A stretch of DNA of 64,000 bases from positions 14,947 through 78,946 of the forward strand of contig JAFVTI010000006.1 in assembly GCA_017503325.1 (NCBI GenBank). The letters are read 5' to 3'. Positions 61,251-64,000 of the stretch are shown one piece after another. Each line of letters starts with the position of its first letter. The first letter of the stretch is position 1. The translations under genes were made by a program, and so were the position numbers. The notes beneath the pieces were generated by a model. The model had not been told where the DNA came from, searched no databases, and was given only the letters and a program-made list of their open reading frames with translations. Source of the stretch: Clostridia bacterium. GTDB lineage: Bacteria > Bacillota > Clostridia > Oscillospirales > CAG-272.

Positions 61251-62108
61251 ATGATCAAAATAATTGACACGTATTCGATAATCGATAGTCTGTACGAAAA
61301 CGGATCGTTTTGCATTGAAAAATGGGAGCGATATATCAATGAGATATATGAGGATTCAGCCCCGATCTTTATCAATGATATGAACGACTGTCTCGGTGCG
61401 GGAACTTATTCATATGAGAAGGATATCCTGCCGATTATCAATGCTGTTCACGGAAATGTCAACTTGAAGGAATTACATACTTCGTTTTGTGCTGTTACGT
61501 CCGACTTGAATGAAAAGATTTGCAATCGTTTCGACCATGAATTGGACATTGATATTGTTTTGTACGTTGGTCTTTGCAATGCTGCAGGCTGGGTAACTAC
61601 CGTAAACGGCCGCGACGTCATTCTTTTGGGCATTGAGAAAATACTCGAGCTAAACTGGAAGGACATAGACTCTATGCATGGACTTATATACCATGAATTT
61701 GGTCATGTATATCATAAACAGCACGGAGTCTTTGAGCAGCATATTCAATCCAATAGCCAACATTATATCTGGCAATTGTTTACCGAGGGAGTTGCTATGT
61801 ATTTCGAGCAATTACTTGTAAATGATCTGCATTACTTTCACCAGGACAGAAACGGCTGGCTTGCATGGTGTGATAACCACTTTGATCAAATATTGACCGA
61901 TTTCCATATCGATCTGCAAACCATGAATCAGTCGAATCAGCGGTATTTTGGAGATTGGGTGAGCTATTGCGGCAAAGGTGATGTTGGCTATTATTTGGGA
62001 GCAAGGTTTGTGCAACGGTTATGCGAAAAGCATGCATTTGAGCATGTCATCAACATGAGTATCAATGACGTTTGCAAAGCGTACCAAATCTTTGCAAATT
62101 CAATTTGA
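61251..62108 (+). CDS. Hypothetical protein with an HEXXH motif (DUF2268-like predicted Zn protease)
   Basis: LIYHEFGHVYH and downstream FTEGVAMYFE. The region is AT-richer than its neighbours. Confidence 0.55.
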   Translation: MIKIIDTYSIIDSLYENGSFCIEKWERYINEIYEDSAPIFINDMNDCLGAGTYSYEKDILPIINAVHGNVNLKELHTSFCAVTSDLNEKICNRFDHELDIDIVLYVGLCNAAGWVTTVNGRDVILLGIEKILELNWKDIDSMHGLIYHEFGHVYHKQHGVFEQHIQSNSQHYIWQLFTEGVAMYFEQLLVNDLHYFHQDRNGWLAWCDNHFDQILTDFHIDLQTMNQSNQRYFGDWVSYCGKGDVGYYLGARFVQRLCEKHAFEHVINMSINDVCKAYQIFANSI

Positions 62109-62162
62109 GTCTAATAAATAACGATATTCCGACAGAGTGTGAATTCTATCGGGACAAAACAA

Positions 62163-62198
62163 GGGCTGTATCCACCTGGATACAGTCCTTGATGTTTT
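62163..62198. terminator. Bidirectional terminator-like hairpin
   Basis: Stem gggctgtatcca / tggatacagtcc followed by ttgatgtttt. It lies between convergent genes. Confidence 0.5.
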
Positions 62199-62208
62199 AT
62201 CGCTTTGT

Positions 62209-62835
62209 TTATTGTTCTCGTTTTTTATAAAATACAATGGACAGATACCAGGAGAGCACATATATTCCGATACCTACAAGGCAAGCAATAGGCCAAACGG
62301 CGTTCAATTGAATTTCATTTTGAATACTTTCCTTGAAGATGGTAGTTGCGATAAGACTGCCTGCACACACCACGCCTATCATCACATAATAGGCTCCGCG
62401 CCCTTTTTCTACTCCGTATTTGAATATAAACGGGAGAGTCAGCGATGAGGAAACACTCGCCATGATCAGCAAAAGCATCATCAGTAACAAAAACTCTTTG
62501 AAAACGAAAGTGCCTTCAATTCCCATTTTCACAGCCTGTGCGATGCAAATGAGTATCAGCACAGCAACTTGTGTCAACAAGCCGATCAGATACTTTGCGG
62601 ATACGATTTGCGCTTTTGTATACGGCAACGTGCCGACGTATTCCGTCCATCGACTGCGTTCATCATATCCAAGGAGGTTGACGGGAATCATACCGCAGAG
62701 CAAACAAGGGTAAAAAACGAAGAACATATTGCTGCTACTGATCAGAGAGAGAAGGATAAATCCGATACAAACGAAAAAATAATACCTGCAATATTTTTTC
62801 ATCATATACCAGTCCTTTAGTATTAGTCCCTTCAT
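62209..62835 (-). CDS. ABC-2 type transporter permease
   Basis: 208-aa protein with six hydrophobic helices. Its start lies 1 nt after the stop of the upstream ATPase gene. Confidence 0.7.
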   Translation of the reverse strand: MKGLILKDWYMMKKYCRYYFFVCIGFILLSLISSSNMFFVFYPCLLCGMIPVNLLGYDERSRWTEYVGTLPYTKAQIVSAKYLIGLLTQVAVLILICIAQAVKMGIEGTFVFKEFLLLMMLLLIMASVSSSLTLPFIFKYGVEKGRGAYYVMIGVVCAGSLIATTIFKESIQNEIQLNAVWPIACLVGIGIYVLSWYLSIVFYKKREQ

Positions 62836-62836
62836 A

Positions 62837-63679
62837 TCATTTCGCCTCCTTTACCATAAATACAAACAGCTCCTCTATGCTGATGGGGCTTAGCTTGAAG
62901 CCATCCTGCGCGTCCTTTCGCGACACAATGACCTCAGCGCCGTAGGGCGTTTCTTTTTTGTATTTTACAATATTCCTGTCAAGCTCGGAAAGCTGTTCAA
63001 CAGTACAGTGAATGATGCCGTATTCGGATAAAAGTACATCCTTTTCCTCGCAAAGCAAGAGCTTGCCCTTATGCAAAAACGCCACGTAATCGCAGAGCTT
63101 TTCAAGGTCGCTGACAATGTGGGAGGATATAAGGATGGAGTGGTTTTCATCTCTTGTAAAATCGTAGAACATATCCACCACCTCGTCACGTACGACGGGA
63201 TCCAGTCCGCTTGTCGGCTCGTCAAGAAGCAGGAGCTTCGCGCCGTGTGACATCGCAACGGTAATCCCAAGCTTCATTTTCATACCGCGTGAAAAGTTCT
63301 TAAACTGCTTGTTATCGGGTAGAGATAATTTTTGCAAAAGTCTGGCATATTCAGTCTCATTCCAATTACGAAACGTATGCTTCATGACATTGCCGATCTG
63401 CTTTGCCGTCAAGCATTCAGGCATACCAACCTCGTCCATTACGACACCGATATCTTCTTTTGTAAGGGAAATGTCCTTTTCGTTGTTCTTGCCGAGTATT
63501 GTGATTGTTCCGCTATCCTTATGAAGCATATCCAAGATGAGCTTAATGGTGGTGCTTTTGCCTGCACCGTTTTCACCGATCAGCCCCATAATACAACCGC
63601 TTTGCAAAGTAAGGCTTATATTATCCAAACAAAATCCCGAAAAGGATTTGCATACGTTTTTTAATTCAAGTGCATTCAT
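62837..63679 (-). CDS. ABC transporter ATP-binding protein
   Basis: Walker A GENGAGKST, signature-like FSRGMKMK and Walker B LLLLDEPTSGLD. Confidence 0.9.
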   Translation of the reverse strand: MNALELKNVCKSFSGFCLDNISLTLQSGCIMGLIGENGAGKSTTIKLILDMLHKDSGTITILGKNNEKDISLTKEDIGVVMDEVGMPECLTAKQIGNVMKHTFRNWNETEYARLLQKLSLPDNKQFKNFSRGMKMKLGITVAMSHGAKLLLLDEPTSGLDPVVRDEVVDMFYDFTRDENHSILISSHIVSDLEKLCDYVAFLHKGKLLLCEEKDVLLSEYGIIHCTVEQLSELDRNIVKYKKETPYGAEVIVSRKDAQDGFKLSPISIEELFVFMVKEAK

Positions 63680-64000
63680 TCTTGTTCCTCCATACCGAAC
63701 GTAATCATTTCCATAATATCGTCACGGCTTAAATTGCACGAGACAGCGAGCTTTGCTATCTGCTCGATGTGTTCCTCGATCTTTTTCAGATTCTCCTCAC
63801 GTAAAAGCTCTACGTTCTTGGGCGCAACGTAACATCCCTTTGCCGGAAGGGTGTAAATAAAGCCTTCCTTTTCAAGCTCTTCATACGCGCGCTTGGTCGT
63901 AATAAAGCTGATGCGCAGATCCTTTGCAAGCCCTCGTATAGATGGCAGCATCTCGTCTTCTTTCAACTCACCGCTTATGATTTGATTCTTGATTTGAGAA
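63676..64000 (-). CDS. GntR-family transcriptional regulator (YtrA-like), N-terminus beyond the window edge
   Basis: LPSIRGLAKDLRISFITTKRAYEELEKEGFIY. The frame stays open to nt 64000, and the gene overlaps the ABC ATPase start. Confidence 0.85.
   Translation of the reverse strand, partial: SQIKNQIISGELKEDEMLPSIRGLAKDLRISFITTKRAYEELEKEGFIYTLPAKGCYVAPKNVELLREENLKKIEEHIEQIAKLAVSCNLSRDDIMEMITFGMEEQE

Overview
This 64-kb chromosomal window comes from a moderately GC-rich Firmicute. Gene content and order suggest a Clostridia (Oscillospirales-like) anaerobe, but that is inference only. I support about 62 protein genes, one tRNA-Pro(GGG), one response-regulator pseudogene, several sigma-A-type promoters and rho-independent terminators, and three GC-rich inverted-repeat elements. 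There is no rRNA, CRISPR array, intact transposase or integrase. Most of the window is core genome. (i) 1-11.2 kb is a tightly packed phospholipid operon: fakA-plsY-plsC, two TVP38 genes, GT8, pgsA-like, cdsA, a 1412-aa activase/dehydratase fusion that is a candidate plasmalogen synthase, and a hydrolase. (ii) 32.9-41 kb is the classic Firmicute block nusB-xseAB-ispA-tlyA-nadK-argR-recN, followed by argS and yebC. (iii) Scattered housekeeping genes include htpG, ispE, pgm, cdd, rplS and dut. The most interesting region is a four-gene operon at 50.8-55.6 kb. It encodes a SipW/Sec11-type signal peptidase fused to an 8-TM domain and a bitopic membrane protein. It also encodes two secreted proteins that share a conserved signal peptide and mature N-terminal motif, VGYAxLTDxxxxxGxAEI. 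I read this as an uncharacterised TasA-like surface-fibre or matrix assembly system. Other notable items:
- a DUF559 nuclease gene bracketed by ~76-bp inverted repeats
- a perfect 64-bp inverted repeat with no ORF just upstream of the SipW operon
- a GlgB homologue with all catalytic residues substituted
- an ASCH::pyroglutamyl-peptidase fusion next to cdd
- a sigma-factor/TM/leucine-rich-repeat fusion
All family assignments rest on motifs read by eye; no searches were run.
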